Of a DNA stretch of 64,000 nucleotides, positions 38,161-49,332 are shown piece by piece. Location of the stretch: NCBI GenBank assembly GCA_047636735.1, contig JBLIGC010000004.1:12867-76866 (forward strand), in the 5' to 3' direction. The DNA comes from Glaciecola sp. (GTDB lineage Bacteria > Pseudomonadota > Gammaproteobacteria > Enterobacterales > Alteromonadaceae). A program made the position numbers and the translations under genes. Numbering within the stretch: the first letter of the stretch is position 1; the number at the start of each line of letters is the position of its first letter. The notes under the pieces were generated by a model that saw nothing but the letters and a program-made list of their open reading frames with translations, was not told the origin of the DNA and searched no databases.

Positions 38161-40611
38161 TTAGTCAACAGTCACTTTTTTAAATTTATTATTCCCAGCA
38201 AGATATTTTTGCTCAAATTCTTCCGGCTCTACTGGGCGACTGAAGTAATATCCTTGCAGTAAAATATCACCGTTTAGCATCAACCACTCTACTTGCGCTT
38301 GAGTTTCAACGCCTTCAGCGACGGTTGTTAAGCCTAAGTTTTTAGATAACTGAATAATAGACCTAACCAGGTTTTCGTCTTGTTTGTCTACCGTAATATC
38401 ATTAATAAACGAACGATCTATTTTTAACTTATCTACTGGCAAATCTTTCAAGTGACTAAGAGAAGAATAGCCTGTCCCAAAATCATCAAGCGAGAAGGTA
38501 ATTCCCATTTTCTTCATACTAAGGATTTTCTTGACTGTGTCGGCCATGTTATTTAAAGCAACACTTTCAGTGATTTCTATTTCTATGCTACTGGCTGCCA
38601 CATTATGTTTTTTCAATACTCTTAACACAGTATCTATAAAATCATTTCTAGCTAACTGCTTAGCGCTAATATTAACAGCTACTTTAAAGCCCTCTGGAAA
38701 CAAGCCACGCCCTTGGATGTCGGCAATATAGGCACATACCTTGCTTAGAATTCTTTCGCCCACGTCAACAATTAAGGCGCTTTCTTCAAGGAAGGGAATA
38801 AAGTCGTCTGGTCGTATTATTTCGTCGCCTTTGCGCCATCTCATTAACGCCTCAGCACCTACCACTTCTTGAGTGCTTGAATCAACTACGGGTTGTAACA
38901 CAAAATAAAATTCATCTTTAAACATTGCTTTCATAATGTCCCGCTCAAGCTTAAGGAGTTCAGCGGCTTGAGTGGCCATTTCATCTTTGAACATGGTTAC
39001 GCAGTTTCGCCCCGCCCGCTTAGATTCATACATCGCGGTATCGGCATATTGTAAAATTTCATCTGCGCCTATTTGATTTTTTCTAAATACAATAACACCC
39101 ACACTGGCAGTCAACGAATAACTATGCAGACCAATTTCAATTTCTTTGCTAATACAGCTTCGCATCCTCTCACCAAGAAGCTTCGCGGCTTTTTTGGCAA
39201 TTTCAATATCAATAGAAACACTCTCTTCAATACACAAAAATTCATCGGCACCTAAACGCGCTATTAAATCTGAAAATGCAAATTCTTTGCGTAATCTTCG
39301 CGCCAGTTTTACAATTAATTGGTCGCCTACAGAATGACTTAGAGTATCGTTTATGCGTTTAAATTGATCTAAATCGGCAATGGCAGCAATTCCGTACATA
39401 TTGTTACTATCGCCATCGTCTTGGCTAAGTATTTCATATACTTTATTTCGGTTAGGTAAGGTTGTAAGAGGATCGTAATAAGCAAGAGACTCTATTTTTT
39501 CTTCTGCGTTTATACGTTTTGTGACATCAGAAGCGGTAACCAAAATACTATGGCCATCTGGCGTTTTAAATTTAACAAAGGACATTTCCATATGACAGTT
39601 TGCACGATTCGCATTTTTAATTAGCACAATTTTATCGTCTTGGCGTTTACTGGATGAAATAAACTCCATTATAGACTTCATCATATTGGGATCGATAGGT
39701 TCAATTACATCATCGGCACTTCTGCCTTTTAATTCATAAATTGAATACCCATAAAAAGTAGCGGTAGCCTTATTCGCAAATACAAAGTTGAGATTGTTGT
39801 CTAGTGAAAATATTAAGGCAGGTGCTGTATCTAGAATTAATCTGAATCGTTGGCTTCTTTCGGTAAGCAATACCTGACCACTAGAAATACGAGATAACAT
39901 GTCGTTGGCTGAATTTACAATTAAACTAAACTCATTTTGTTCGTGGCCAGTTAAATGACTGATTTTCTGGGTCGCGATAGACTTTGTATTTACGCTTTGA
40001 AAACGCTTTGACAATCTAACAAGAGGTGACGCTAACGAATATTGATACAAAATACCCAGCGCAAGCGTGAGCATGATGTACCCTGCTATTGTAATAATAA
40101 AAGCTCTTATGGCTCTGTCATATACCCCAGACAAAGCAATATGATTGTCAACAACAATAATCATTTTACCATAAAATTCATTGCCACTGGGGGATACCAT
40201 ATCGCCAGATAGCTCCACTATTTGTTCATCAAAATTATCAACAAAGCGGGCTAAAATTGGGTTGTAAGAGGTATTTAGATTGACACCATCGTTATCATTG
40301 AATGATTTTTGACGAGAAAAACTAGCCATAATGTTATCTTGATCATCAATAATAGCGACGTAGGTAAAATAATCAAAGTAAGACAGACCGTTGATGACCT
40401 GCTCGGCCATTCTTGGCTCTAATAAATAAACTGCATTGCTGGCTGAGCCTTTTGCAGAAATTACAATTGCACTAATAGTGGTATCTATTTCATCTTGTCT
40501 TTCTTCGAAATCAAATAGCGTTTGAAAAAACGCCATTAGTATGCCTAAGCACACTAGTAGTGTTAACGAGCGCACACCTAATGTAAACGACAGTTTTCTA
40601 TTTAGCTTCAT
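38161..40611 (-). CDS. Membrane sensor with PAS, GGDEF and EAL domains
   Basis: Two TM segments flanking a periplasmic domain, HAMP-like linker, PAS, YDPLTTLPNR, LGADEF, AEALMRW, DDFGTGYSSL; start may be 40641. Confidence 0.9.
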   Translation of the reverse strand: MKLNRKLSFTLGVRSLTLLVCLGILMAFFQTLFDFEERQDEIDTTISAIVISAKGSASNAVYLLEPRMAEQVINGLSYFDYFTYVAIIDDQDNIMASFSRQKSFNDNDGVNLNTSYNPILARFVDNFDEQIVELSGDMVSPSGNEFYGKMIIVVDNHIALSGVYDRAIRAFIITIAGYIMLTLALGILYQYSLASPLVRLSKRFQSVNTKSIATQKISHLTGHEQNEFSLIVNSANDMLSRISSGQVLLTERSQRFRLILDTAPALIFSLDNNLNFVFANKATATFYGYSIYELKGRSADDVIEPIDPNMMKSIMEFISSSKRQDDKIVLIKNANRANCHMEMSFVKFKTPDGHSILVTASDVTKRINAEEKIESLAYYDPLTTLPNRNKVYEILSQDDGDSNNMYGIAAIADLDQFKRINDTLSHSVGDQLIVKLARRLRKEFAFSDLIARLGADEFLCIEESVSIDIEIAKKAAKLLGERMRSCISKEIEIGLHSYSLTASVGVIVFRKNQIGADEILQYADTAMYESKRAGRNCVTMFKDEMATQAAELLKLERDIMKAMFKDEFYFVLQPVVDSSTQEVVGAEALMRWRKGDEIIRPDDFIPFLEESALIVDVGERILSKVCAYIADIQGRGLFPEGFKVAVNISAKQLARNDFIDTVLRVLKKHNVAASSIEIEITESVALNNMADTVKKILSMKKMGITFSLDDFGTGYSSLSHLKDLPVDKLKIDRSFINDITVDKQDENLVRSIIQLSKNLGLTTVAEGVETQAQVEWLMLNGDILLQGYYFSRPVEPEEFEQKYLAGNNKFKKVTVD

Positions 40612-40788
40612 ATGGTTTATTAAGACTGTTTGAAGGGGCAATTGTATATGATGTACAAGTTATATTCCAATCAATTGATGTTTGACGAGTTATTTATAAT
40701 AATTACGGTGAAAAAGTTAGCAGGTTTTACAACTTGTTGTATGATATCAAGTAGTATATACAAATTTTATTATAAAAGGACCTGATGA

Positions 40789-41523
40789 ATGTCAGACAAC
40801 CCAAAAGACAAAGATTTTGCACCTATTAATATTGAATTAAATGACAGAATCCCAATGGCTGGTAATCGTCAATCTAGTTCAAAGTCGACTGCTAAAATAC
40901 CTAAAAGTAGTAACTCTTATACCAGTATTGTGCTGGTTATTGCGGTGATTGCCTGCGCTGCATCAGGCTATCTATTTAATGCTAATATACACAGTCAAAC
41001 TTTTTTAGCAGAAAATGAAAAAAGAATTAAAACTCTTGAAGATAGATTGTCGGCAACAGGCGAAGAAATGGGTAACTCTGCCGGTGAGCTTCAAGTTAAG
41101 TTGGGTGAACTTGCGCTCAAAGGAGAAGAGAATTTCCAACAAATAGATAAGCTTTGGGCGTCTGCATGGCGCAGGAACCAACAAGAAATTAGAACAGTAT
41201 CCGCTAATTTTAAAAACTTAACGCAAGACACTAACCAACTGGTAAAAGATTTAGATGCTAAGGTGTCTGACAACAAAACCACTGTTGCTCGCATACAGCC
41301 GCGTATAGATGGAGTAAACACTAAAGTAAACGCCCAGGCTAACGAATTATTAACACTAAATGTTAGACAAGACGAAAATCAGCAATCAAACACCGCTCAG
41401 GCATCAACTCTCAGAGACATGACAGAGAAGCTAATTTTGCTTGAAAAACGAAACACCAACCTATTACAAAAAATACAAGCGCTTGAAAATAAGCTCAATG
41501 AGCTTGCCATTAAGTCTGTTTGA
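40789..41523 (+). CDS. Single-TM coiled-coil hypothetical protein
   Basis: One TM segment, long heptad-rich region, IDKLWASAWRRNQ; AAAGGA RBS. Confidence 0.75.
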   Translation: MSDNPKDKDFAPINIELNDRIPMAGNRQSSSKSTAKIPKSSNSYTSIVLVIAVIACAASGYLFNANIHSQTFLAENEKRIKTLEDRLSATGEEMGNSAGELQVKLGELALKGEENFQQIDKLWASAWRRNQQEIRTVSANFKNLTQDTNQLVKDLDAKVSDNKTTVARIQPRIDGVNTKVNAQANELLTLNVRQDENQQSNTAQASTLRDMTEKLILLEKRNTNLLQKIQALENKLNELAIKSV

Positions 41524-41607
41524 ATAATAGTTCTTAATTTAAGCTGGCAAGATTTGCCGGAGCATGCTTTTGTGCACAAGAAGCAATCCTAGTAAATCAG
41601 CAGACAC

Positions 41608-41640
41608 AAAAAAAGCATCTCTAAAGATGCTTTTTTTTTT
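41608..41640. terminator. Bidirectional terminator after rpsO
   Basis: AAAAAAAGCATCT-CTAA-AGATGCTTTTTTTTTT. Confidence 0.85.
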
Positions 41641-41651
41641 ACTACTAGTAC

Positions 41652-41921
41652 TTAGCGACGTAAACCTAAACGCTTAATAAGATCCAAATAACGCTGTGCA
41701 TTTTTGCGTTTTAAATAATCTAAAAGCTTTCTGCGTTGGCTTACCATTCTTAGAAGTCCACGACGTGAGTGATGGTCTTTCTTATGGTCTGCAAAGTGAC
41801 CCTGTAATTTGTTTATGTTATGAGTAAGTAAGGCAACTTGAACTTCAGGTGAACCTGTGTCGCCATCTTTAATTCCATAATCGGCAATAATGCCTGCTGT
41901 TTCTACTGTGGTTAGTGACAT
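41652..41921 (-). CDS. rpsO: 30S ribosomal protein S15
   Basis: [38 protein letters not shown]. Confidence 0.99.
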   Translation of the reverse strand: MSLTTVETAGIIADYGIKDGDTGSPEVQVALLTHNINKLQGHFADHKKDHHSRRGLLRMVSQRRKLLDYLKRKNAQRYLDLIKRLGLRR

Positions 41922-41975
41922 AATATCTCCAAAAAATAATGTGAAACAAACCCAATCACTAATTCAGGTTTGCGT
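41922..41975 (-). promoter_or_regulatory. S15 autoregulatory leader (gammaproteobacterial type)
   Basis: Minus strand GCAAACCTGAATTAGTGATTGGGTTTG hairpin with a CTGAATTAG core, then GGAG RBS. Confidence 0.65.
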
Positions 41976-42055
41976 AAAAGAGCGCGTAGTATAAAGATTA
42001 TTATAAGTAGCGCAAGTGCTTATTAAAAAACCTAGTGTAATTAGCCTGTATTACC

Positions 42056-43045
42056 TTAATAGACAACCACACGTTTAGGATGAATTGTATTTAAGTTGTC
42101 TATATTGGCAACACCTAAAAAACGATTGTTGCTAATTTGGTAAACTCTAACAACCTGCTCTGCCTCTTTATTTTCAGGCACATCAGACTCTATTTTAATG
42201 TCTCTACCTTGTTGAAAGTACAAAGTGTCTTGTTCTCCTATTTCAACCTTTGGTAAAGTTTCTATAGGGGTATCCATAGGCAGCAATAAATCATCTAAGG
42301 CAGTAAAGTCTTCGCTTAAAGCTTCAGATACATGCCCAGCCTTTGTCTGACTAATTTGTTGCTTTACGGTACTCAATTCTACTAACGCATCGAGAGCGTC
42401 AAAAGTAATCATTTGTGAAGCTTTATAATGTGCAACAGCAGTTCTGCGAAGCACAGTGACATGGGCACCACAGCCTAACATTTGGCCTAAATCATCAACT
42501 AAGGTTCGAATATAAGTTCCTTTGGAACTAGTCACATTCAACGACAGCTCATCGCCAATTAAACTTACCCAATTAATGCTATAAATCGTAATATCTCGAG
42601 CAGGTCTGTCAATGGTAATACCTTGGCGAGCGTAAAAGTACAATGGTTTACCTTCATGCTTTAATGCCGAAAACATCGATGGAATTTGCTTTATAGGCCC
42701 TACGAAATGCTTTATGGCTTCTTTTATATCTGCTTCAAGCACATTAACAGGTCTTGTTTCAACAATATCACCGTCGGCGTCTGAAGTATCGGTTCTTTGG
42801 CCTAACTTTGCGGTAACAAAATAGCTTTTGTCTGCGTCTAATAAAAATTGCGAAAACTTAGTTGCTTCACCCAAGCAAACAGGCAATAAACCAGTGGCGA
42901 GGGGATCCAGTGCACCTGTGTGCCCTGCTTTAGCGGCTTTATAAATACGCTTAACACGCTGCACAACATGATTTGAGGACACTTCTTGTGGTTTATCAAC
43001 CAACAATATACCGTTAATTAGTCGTCCTTTTCTTTTCCTTGCCAT
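42056..43045 (-). CDS. truB: tRNA pseudouridine(55) synthase
   Basis: KAGHTGALDPLATGLL, SALK..GKPLY, SKGTYIRTL. Confidence 0.97.
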   Translation of the reverse strand: MARKRKGRLINGILLVDKPQEVSSNHVVQRVKRIYKAAKAGHTGALDPLATGLLPVCLGEATKFSQFLLDADKSYFVTAKLGQRTDTSDADGDIVETRPVNVLEADIKEAIKHFVGPIKQIPSMFSALKHEGKPLYFYARQGITIDRPARDITIYSINWVSLIGDELSLNVTSSKGTYIRTLVDDLGQMLGCGAHVTVLRRTAVAHYKASQMITFDALDALVELSTVKQQISQTKAGHVSEALSEDFTALDDLLLPMDTPIETLPKVEIGEQDTLYFQQGRDIKIESDVPENKEAEQVVRVYQISNNRFLGVANIDNLNTIHPKRVVVY

Positions 43046-43048
43046 TCG

Positions 43049-43480
43049 CTAATCGTTATTTTTTGATGACGAGTTTTCAGAAGCGTCATCTTGACCCGGC
43101 TCATCTACGTGCTTAGCTTTGTCTGAGGCAACTGCTTCATTGACCAAAGCAGAAATGCGCGCCCCTTCCTCTATAGAACTATCTTTAAAGAAATGCACAG
43201 CGGGAACATTACGCATTCTCATGCGTCGACCCAACAAGCCTCTCACGAAGCTTTTAGATTCTTGCAGCTTTTCAAAATCATCATTTACTTTTTCAGAACT
43301 ATTACTGTAGAAGGTAATAAATATTTTTGCATGAGCAAGATCTCTTGATACCTCAACACCCGACACCGTGATCATGCCAACCTGTGGCTCACGATGCTTA
43401 AATTCGTGCTGAAGAATACTTGCTACTTCTTTATGAATTTGTTGACCAACTCGGTCTGTTCTAGAAAATTCTCTAGCCAT
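43049..43480 (-). CDS. rbfA: Ribosome-binding factor A
   Basis: FSRTDRV, VEVSRDL.HAK, operon position. Confidence 0.95.
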   Translation of the reverse strand: MAREFSRTDRVGQQIHKEVASILQHEFKHREPQVGMITVSGVEVSRDLAHAKIFITFYSNSSEKVNDDFEKLQESKSFVRGLLGRRMRMRNVPAVHFFKDSSIEEGARISALVNEAVASDKAKHVDEPGQDDASENSSSKNND

Positions 43481-43530
43481 TTTTGTACCTTTATCCTAAT
43501 GACTACACCATTTGTAAACAGCGTAGGGAC

Positions 43531-43555
43531 AAAAACGGAGGCACTTGGCCTCCGT
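43531..43555 (-). terminator. Terminator-like hairpin between infB and rbfA
   Basis: Minus strand ACGGAGGC-CAAGT-GCCTCCGTTTTT. Confidence 0.7.
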
Positions 43556-43576
43556 CCTATTTTGGTTTGGTCGGGA

Positions 43577-46183
43577 TTACAACTCGCGTTTTACTTCAAC
43601 AATTTCAAATACTTCAATTTGATCGCCTACTTTTACGTCATTATAATTTTTAACACCAATACCACACTCAATGCCTTTTTTGACATCTTGTACATCATCT
43701 TTAAATCTACGCAATGATTCAAGCTCACCTTCGTATATAACAACGTTTTCACGTAGTACACGAATTGGATTGTTACGCTTAATCAAACCTTCTGTCACCA
43801 TACAGCCAGCTATAGCACCAATCTTAGGCGATTTAAATACATCACGAACTTCTGCAAGACCTATGATTTGCTGCTTGAACTCTGGCGCTAACATACCTGT
43901 CATAGCCTGTTTTACTTCATCAATTAGTTCATAAATAATGCTGTAATAACGAAGGTCAATTTCTTCTGCCTCAATCATTTTTCTTGCAGTAGCGTCGGCA
44001 CGAACGTTAAAGCCAACCACAATTGCAGAAGATGCTGCTGCTAAGCTAGCGTCAGTTTCAGTAATTCCACCTACACCGCTACCAACAATGTTGACTTTTA
44101 CTTCGTCGGTAGAAAGTCTGGTTAAACTATCAGCAATAGCTTCAATAGAACCTTGTACATCAGCTTTTAAAACAATGTTCAAGTCACTAACATCACCGCT
44201 TGCCATATTAGCAAACATATTTTCAAGCTTAGCTTTTTGCTGCTTAGCTAATTTCAATTCGCGTTGCTTAGTATGACGCTTAGCGGCTACTTCACGAGCT
44301 TTGCGCTCGTCTTGAACCACTAAAGCATTTTCGCCAGCAATGGGCACGCCTGATAAACCAAGCACCTCAACAGGCGTAGAAGGACCTGCAACTTGAATAT
44401 CAGCACCAGTTTCGTCACGCATTGCCCGAACACGACCGTATTCTTCGCCACATAATAAAATGTCGCCTGCGCGTAATTCGCCTTCTTGGATAAGTACAGA
44501 AGCTACCGGACCACGGCCTTTATCAAGACGTGATTCAATAACAATCCCGCGTGCTGGGCCAGTTGGAATGGCTTTTAAATCTAGTATTTCTGCCTGTATG
44601 CTAATTGCTTCTAATAAGTCGTCAACGCCCATACCCGTTTTTGCCGAAACACTAACAAACTGGTATTCGCCGCCCCACTCCTCAGAGATAACGTCAACTT
44701 GTGAAAGCTCGGTTTTTACGCGGTCTGGATCTGCAGACTCTTTGTCCATTTTATTGACAGCTACAATCATCGGCACACCGGCCGCTTTAGCATGTTGAAT
44801 AGCTTCTTTAGTTTGTGGCATTACACCATCATCGGCAGCAACAACTAATACCACAATATCGGTAGCGGTTGCACCACGCGCGCGCATTGCCGTAAACGCC
44901 GCATGACCAGGAGTATCTAAAAACGCAATACGTCCGTTGTCAGTTTCAACGCTATAAGCGCCAATATGCTGGGTAATACCGCCTGCTTCGCCATCGGCTA
45001 CTTTAGCGCGTCTAATGTAATCAAGTAATGATGTTTTACCATGGTCAACATGACCCATTATGGTTACTACCGGTGCACGAGACACTTTTTCTCCGCCCGA
45101 GGCCAGTGCGATAAGTTCTTCTTCAAGTGCGTTTTCGTTAACGATCTCATATTTGTGACGCATTTCTTCAATCACAAGTATGGCAGTTTCTTGGTCTAGC
45201 ACTTGGTTAATAGTCGCCATCTCACCCATTTTCATCATGGTTTTGATAACTACCGTACCTTTCACAGCCATACGACTAGCTAAATCGCCAACGGTTATGG
45301 TTTCACCAAGTTTAACGACGCGTTCAACCGGCAACACTGGCTTGTTAAAGCTATGTTTAAGGTCTTCACCGGCATTTTTCTTAGACTTTTTACGACGACG
45401 TCCACCGCGTTCAATTTGGGCATCTTCTTCGTCTTCTGCTCTTTGCGCATATCTATTAGAGTGCAAGTGTACTTCTTTAGCTTCGTCTTTTTTGCGACGC
45501 TCTTCTTCTTCTTTCCAGCGACGCGAATTTTCTTCGGCTAACTTGCGAGCATCATCTGCCGCCTTAATAGCTTCTTTTTCGAGTTTCTTTTGAATTTCTT
45601 CTTCTTGTTGTTTCTTAAGATTCTCAGCTTCAGCTCTTACTTGTTCTTGCGCTTTGCGTTCTTCGTCAGTTAATTTAGAGTCAGTTGATTTGCGTTCTTC
45701 AGCTTCTTTTTTCGCTTTTTCAGCACGAGCCACTCTCTCGGCATCTTGTTGCTTGCGTACTTCAGCCGCTTTCTTCGCTTTTTCTACCGCTTCTGCTTTC
45801 GCTGCTTCTGCCGCTTTGCGTTCTTCGTCTTGACGAGCTTCATCTTCAACTTTACGCTGAGCTTCCTCTTGCGCCAAGCGTTCTAAATCAGCATCGGAGC
45901 GTTTAACGTAGGTGCGCTTTTTACGCACTTCCACTTTAACCGCTCTAGATTTACCGAGGTTGAGGGTACTGGTTGTTTTTCGCTGCAGAGTCATTCTTGT
46001 TGGTGCTGTTACACCTGCGCCGCCGTGTTGTTTACTCAAGAAGTCGAGCAAGGACTGCTTTTCTTCTTCAGTTACATTATCGGAGGACACTTTTTCAATG
46101 CCTGCATCTTTAAATTGCTTTAATAATCGGTCAACAGTCGTGCTTATATCACTTGCTAACTTTTCTATGGAAACTTCTGCCAT
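43577..46183 (-). CDS. infB: Translation initiation factor IF-2
   Basis: [29 protein letters not shown]; start at MAEVSIEKL with an AGGAG RBS. Confidence 0.98.
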   Translation of the reverse strand: MAEVSIEKLASDISTTVDRLLKQFKDAGIEKVSSDNVTEEEKQSLLDFLSKQHGGAGVTAPTRMTLQRKTTSTLNLGKSRAVKVEVRKKRTYVKRSDADLERLAQEEAQRKVEDEARQDEERKAAEAAKAEAVEKAKKAAEVRKQQDAERVARAEKAKKEAEERKSTDSKLTDEERKAQEQVRAEAENLKKQQEEEIQKKLEKEAIKAADDARKLAEENSRRWKEEEERRKKDEAKEVHLHSNRYAQRAEDEEDAQIERGGRRRKKSKKNAGEDLKHSFNKPVLPVERVVKLGETITVGDLASRMAVKGTVVIKTMMKMGEMATINQVLDQETAILVIEEMRHKYEIVNENALEEELIALASGGEKVSRAPVVTIMGHVDHGKTSLLDYIRRAKVADGEAGGITQHIGAYSVETDNGRIAFLDTPGHAAFTAMRARGATATDIVVLVVAADDGVMPQTKEAIQHAKAAGVPMIVAVNKMDKESADPDRVKTELSQVDVISEEWGGEYQFVSVSAKTGMGVDDLLEAISIQAEILDLKAIPTGPARGIVIESRLDKGRGPVASVLIQEGELRAGDILLCGEEYGRVRAMRDETGADIQVAGPSTPVEVLGLSGVPIAGENALVVQDERKAREVAAKRHTKQRELKLAKQQKAKLENMFANMASGDVSDLNIVLKADVQGSIEAIADSLTRLSTDEVKVNIVGSGVGGITETDASLAAASSAIVVGFNVRADATARKMIEAEEIDLRYYSIIYELIDEVKQAMTGMLAPEFKQQIIGLAEVRDVFKSPKIGAIAGCMVTEGLIKRNNPIRVLRENVVIYEGELESLRRFKDDVQDVKKGIECGIGVKNYNDVKVGDQIEVFEIVEVKREL

Positions 46184-46205
46184 ATCGAATAATTCTCCTA
46201 TTGAC

Positions 46206-47699
46206 CTATTCTTCGTTAAACCAAACAAGGTTTCTTGCTGCCATGATGAGTTCGCCCGCTTTAACTTCGGTCAACTCTTCAATGTCACTAATTTCGTCGG
46301 TACCTTGTTCAGCTAACAACTCAAGGTTGGTAATACCGCGACTCGCTAAAATAAAGGCAACATGTCTATCCATACCCTCTAAATCAAGTAGCTCTTGCTG
46401 CGGTTCTGCTGACTCTAACGATTCTTCATTCGCTAGTGCACGGGTTGTTAAGGTTGCTTTTGCTCTACTACGAAGCTCTTCAACAAGATCTTCGTCTAAA
46501 CCTTCAATGTCGAGTAATTCGCTTACCGGCACATAGGCAATTTCTTCTAGACTGGTGAAGCCTTCTTCGACTAACAGCAGAGCAAAATCTTCATCAATTT
46601 CTAAACCATCGGTAAATACCGATAATATTTTTTGATTTTCTGCTTCATGCTTAGTTGCCAAATCTTCTACCGTCATTACGTTTAATTCCCAGCCCGTTAA
46701 CTGGCTGGCTAAACGAATATTTTGACCGTTACGACCTATCGCTTGCGCTAAGTTGTCAGGTTCAACAGCAATATCCATTGAATTGGCATCTTCATCAACA
46801 ACGATAGAAGCAACTTCTGCTGGTGACATAGCATTAACAACAAATGATGCTGGATTTTCATCCCATAAAACAATGTCTACACGCTCGCCGCCTAATTCAC
46901 TTGATACAGCTTGAACACGTGAGCCGCGCATACCTACGCAAGCACCAACAGGGTCTAAACGTTTGTCGTTAGTTTTAACCGCTATTTTAGCACGTGCTCC
47001 AGGATCGCGAGCCACGGCTTTGATTTCTAGCGTTTCTTCAGCAATCTCTGGTACTTCTAATCTAAACAATTCTACTAGCATGTCTGGATGAGTTCGACTA
47101 ATAAACAATTGCGCGCCGCGAGCTTCTGGCTTAATTACATACAATAAACCTCGTACGCGGTCACCTGGACGGAAAGTTTCACGTGGCAGCATGTCTTCTC
47201 TAAAAATTACGCCTTCGGCATTATTTCCTAAATCGATAAGAACATTGTCGCGGTTAACTTTCTTAACCGTACCCGTAACAAGCTCACCTACTCTGTCTTG
47301 ATATTCAGCTATCATTTGATCACGTTCAGCTTCACGTACTTTTTGCACAATGACTTGCTTAGCTGTTTGTGTAGTAATACGGTCAAACGAAATTGATTCT
47401 ATTTGATCTTCAACAAACTCACCTAATTGAATCTCTGGCTCATCAACCTGAGCGGCAGATATAGTAATTTCGGCAAACGGATTCTCTTGCACAACATCGT
47501 CTTGTACCACCATCCAGCGGCGGAATGTATCAAAATCACCGGTTTCACGGTTTATTGCAACACGAACTTCTATATTGCCGTCGTTTTTCTTTTTAGTGGC
47601 ACTTGCTAATGCAAATTCCAAAGCTTCAAATATTTTTTCTTTTGGTACTTGTTTTTCATTTGAAACTGCTTCTGCTACTAGTAATATTTCTTTACTCAT
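46206..47699 (-). CDS. nusA: Transcription termination/antitermination factor NusA
   Basis: [17 protein letters not shown]1/KH domains, [20 protein letters not shown]. Confidence 0.98.
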   Translation of the reverse strand: MSKEILLVAEAVSNEKQVPKEKIFEALEFALASATKKKNDGNIEVRVAINRETGDFDTFRRWMVVQDDVVQENPFAEITISAAQVDEPEIQLGEFVEDQIESISFDRITTQTAKQVIVQKVREAERDQMIAEYQDRVGELVTGTVKKVNRDNVLIDLGNNAEGVIFREDMLPRETFRPGDRVRGLLYVIKPEARGAQLFISRTHPDMLVELFRLEVPEIAEETLEIKAVARDPGARAKIAVKTNDKRLDPVGACVGMRGSRVQAVSSELGGERVDIVLWDENPASFVVNAMSPAEVASIVVDEDANSMDIAVEPDNLAQAIGRNGQNIRLASQLTGWELNVMTVEDLATKHEAENQKILSVFTDGLEIDEDFALLLVEEGFTSLEEIAYVPVSELLDIEGLDEDLVEELRSRAKATLTTRALANEESLESAEPQQELLDLEGMDRHVAFILASRGITNLELLAEQGTDEISDIEELTEVKAGELIMAARNLVWFNEE

Positions 47700-47734
47700 C
47701 TTCGCCTCAACGCTCCATATAGAGCATAATAAGT

Positions 47735-48193
47735 TTAATCAAATTCTGGGACTAAATTGGCTTTTAGGACATTGTCATAAGCCAGTTCAAACTTTTCCTT
47801 GTCAACGACCATAACAAATCCACGGTCATCACAACTTTCTAAAAACCCCTTGAAGTTACGTCTATCGTCTTGCGGCATTTGTAATTTCACGGTAATGGTT
47901 TGGTTAACCACCTGACTATAATGCTCAGGTTTGAATAGCGGTCTGTCCATGCCTGGTGACGACACCTCTAAATTGTATTCGTTAGTAATGGGGTCTTCAA
48001 CATCAAGCACCGCACTTACTTGACGACTCACATCAGCACAATCTTCTACCTCAACTCCGTTTTCAGAGTCGATATATATTCTCAAAGTGGAATGCTTGCC
48101 GGCACGTATAAATTCTACGCCTACCAGCTCAAAACCAACTGCTTCAACAGGTGCTTCAAGCATTTCAGTTAATTTTTTCTCAAGTTGTGACAA
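47735..48193 (-). CDS. rimP: Ribosome maturation factor RimP
   Basis: LRIYID, DVEDPI..Y.LEVSSPG.DRPLF; TTG start after GGAG. Confidence 0.96.
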   Translation of the reverse strand: MSQLEKKLTEMLEAPVEAVGFELVGVEFIRAGKHSTLRIYIDSENGVEVEDCADVSRQVSAVLDVEDPITNEYNLEVSSPGMDRPLFKPEHYSQVVNQTITVKLQMPQDDRRNFKGFLESCDDRGFVMVVDKEKFELAYDNVLKANLVPEFD

Positions 48194-48215
48194 TCCCAAC
48201 TCCATTTATACATAT

Positions 48216-48235
48216 AAAAAAAGGGCATATAGCCC
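48216..48235 (-). promoter_or_regulatory. rimP-leader hairpin
   Basis: Minus strand GGGC-TATAT-GCCC-TTTTTTT just upstream of rimP. Confidence 0.7.
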
Positions 48236-48268
48236 AATAAACGTTGGTTTTTAACAACCAACAAATAC

Positions 48269-48514
48269 AAAAAAGCCCCGAACATGCGGAGCTATCACGT
48301 ACATTAGCGGTACTTTATGCAGTTCATCTAATGTGATGACAACAAAAAATAGAGACTCGATAACACCCTGTTAAGATGGTTTTGTACCAAGACCACTTGC
48401 ATTAACGTTACTTTGGAATGAATTCAGACGCGAAATCGTAACTTAAAAATCGTGTACACACTCAGGGAGTTCGTTACTCGTGGTGATTATACTAGCACAG
48501 CGGTAATATCGCAA
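48269..48514 (-). promoter_or_regulatory. Internal sigma70 promoter, ~210-nt leader and attenuator-like terminator upstream of rimP
   Basis: TTGCGA (48514-48509)-17 nt-TATAAT (48491-48486); terminator AGCTCCG-CATGTT-CGGGGCTTTTTT at 48293-48269. Confidence 0.65.
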
Positions 48515-48607
48515 ACCTTAATCAGTCAAACAAAGATTAATGCTTATCTGCAAAGTGCCGCTACAAAATGCTTTATTCACCTTAATAAACTTATGCATAT
48601 TAAGGCT

Positions 48608-48638
48608 AAAAAAAACCACGCTATTTTGCGTGGTTTTT
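48608..48638 (-). terminator. Terminator after tRNA-fMet
   Basis: Minus strand AAAAACCACGC-AAAATA-GCGTGGTTTTTTTT. Confidence 0.85.
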
Positions 48639-48642
48639 AAGG

Positions 48643-48719
<77 letters not shown>

Positions 48720-48856
48720 TTTGAATTCTGGTTTGTTGAAGCAACTGCCTTCAACGAGATGCGTATTATACATAGCAAAGTTAAGTATGCAACAGCAAAA
48801 TTCATTATTTTTACTGCATGAGCAAACTTTAAACAATTGCATGAAATAATGCTCAA

Positions 48857-49159
48857 TTACGAGTCAAATAGCTCCATTTTGCTGGCTAATTTAAAATCTA
48901 GTTCACTTATACCGTCTACGTCATGTGTAACTAAATCTACTATCACTTTGTTATATACGTTGAACCATTCAGGATGATGTTTAAGTTTCTCGGCCCATAT
49001 TGCCATTTGTGTCATCCATCCAAATGCACGAATAAAACTTTTGAATATAAATGTTTTATGTAACTTACCATCTGTTATCTGCCATTTGTTGTCCCCTGCT
49101 TGTTCATTGAGGGCTTTTAATTGCTGGTCTATTTCGTTTTCACTTAACTTATTTGGCAT
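48857..49159 (-). CDS. phhB: Pterin-4-alpha-carbinolamine dehydratase
   Basis: F.SF..AFG.M, HHPEWFNVYNKV.V.L.THD..GIS.LD. Confidence 0.92.
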   Translation of the reverse strand: MPNKLSENEIDQQLKALNEQAGDNKWQITDGKLHKTFIFKSFIRAFGWMTQMAIWAEKLKHHPEWFNVYNKVIVDLVTHDVDGISELDFKLASKMELFDS

Positions 49160-49332
49160 AACCGTGTTCCTATAATGTTTTGCGTTTAATATTTTATGCA
49201 CTTAAGTAACCTAAGTGCATAAAAAACAGATCACCTTAATATTAGAGTTACTAATGCAAAAAAAATGGCTTCATTAAGAAACCATTTTATTATCACTATG
49301 CCGTTTAAGCAATGCCTTTTACTGCACAGTTG

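Noticed and set aside
43119-47814. Many + strand ORFs opposite rbfA, infB and nusA (likewise opposite fusA, ppsA, glgP, pgm and dapE)
   Set aside because: Antisense shadows caused by codon bias of highly expressed genes.
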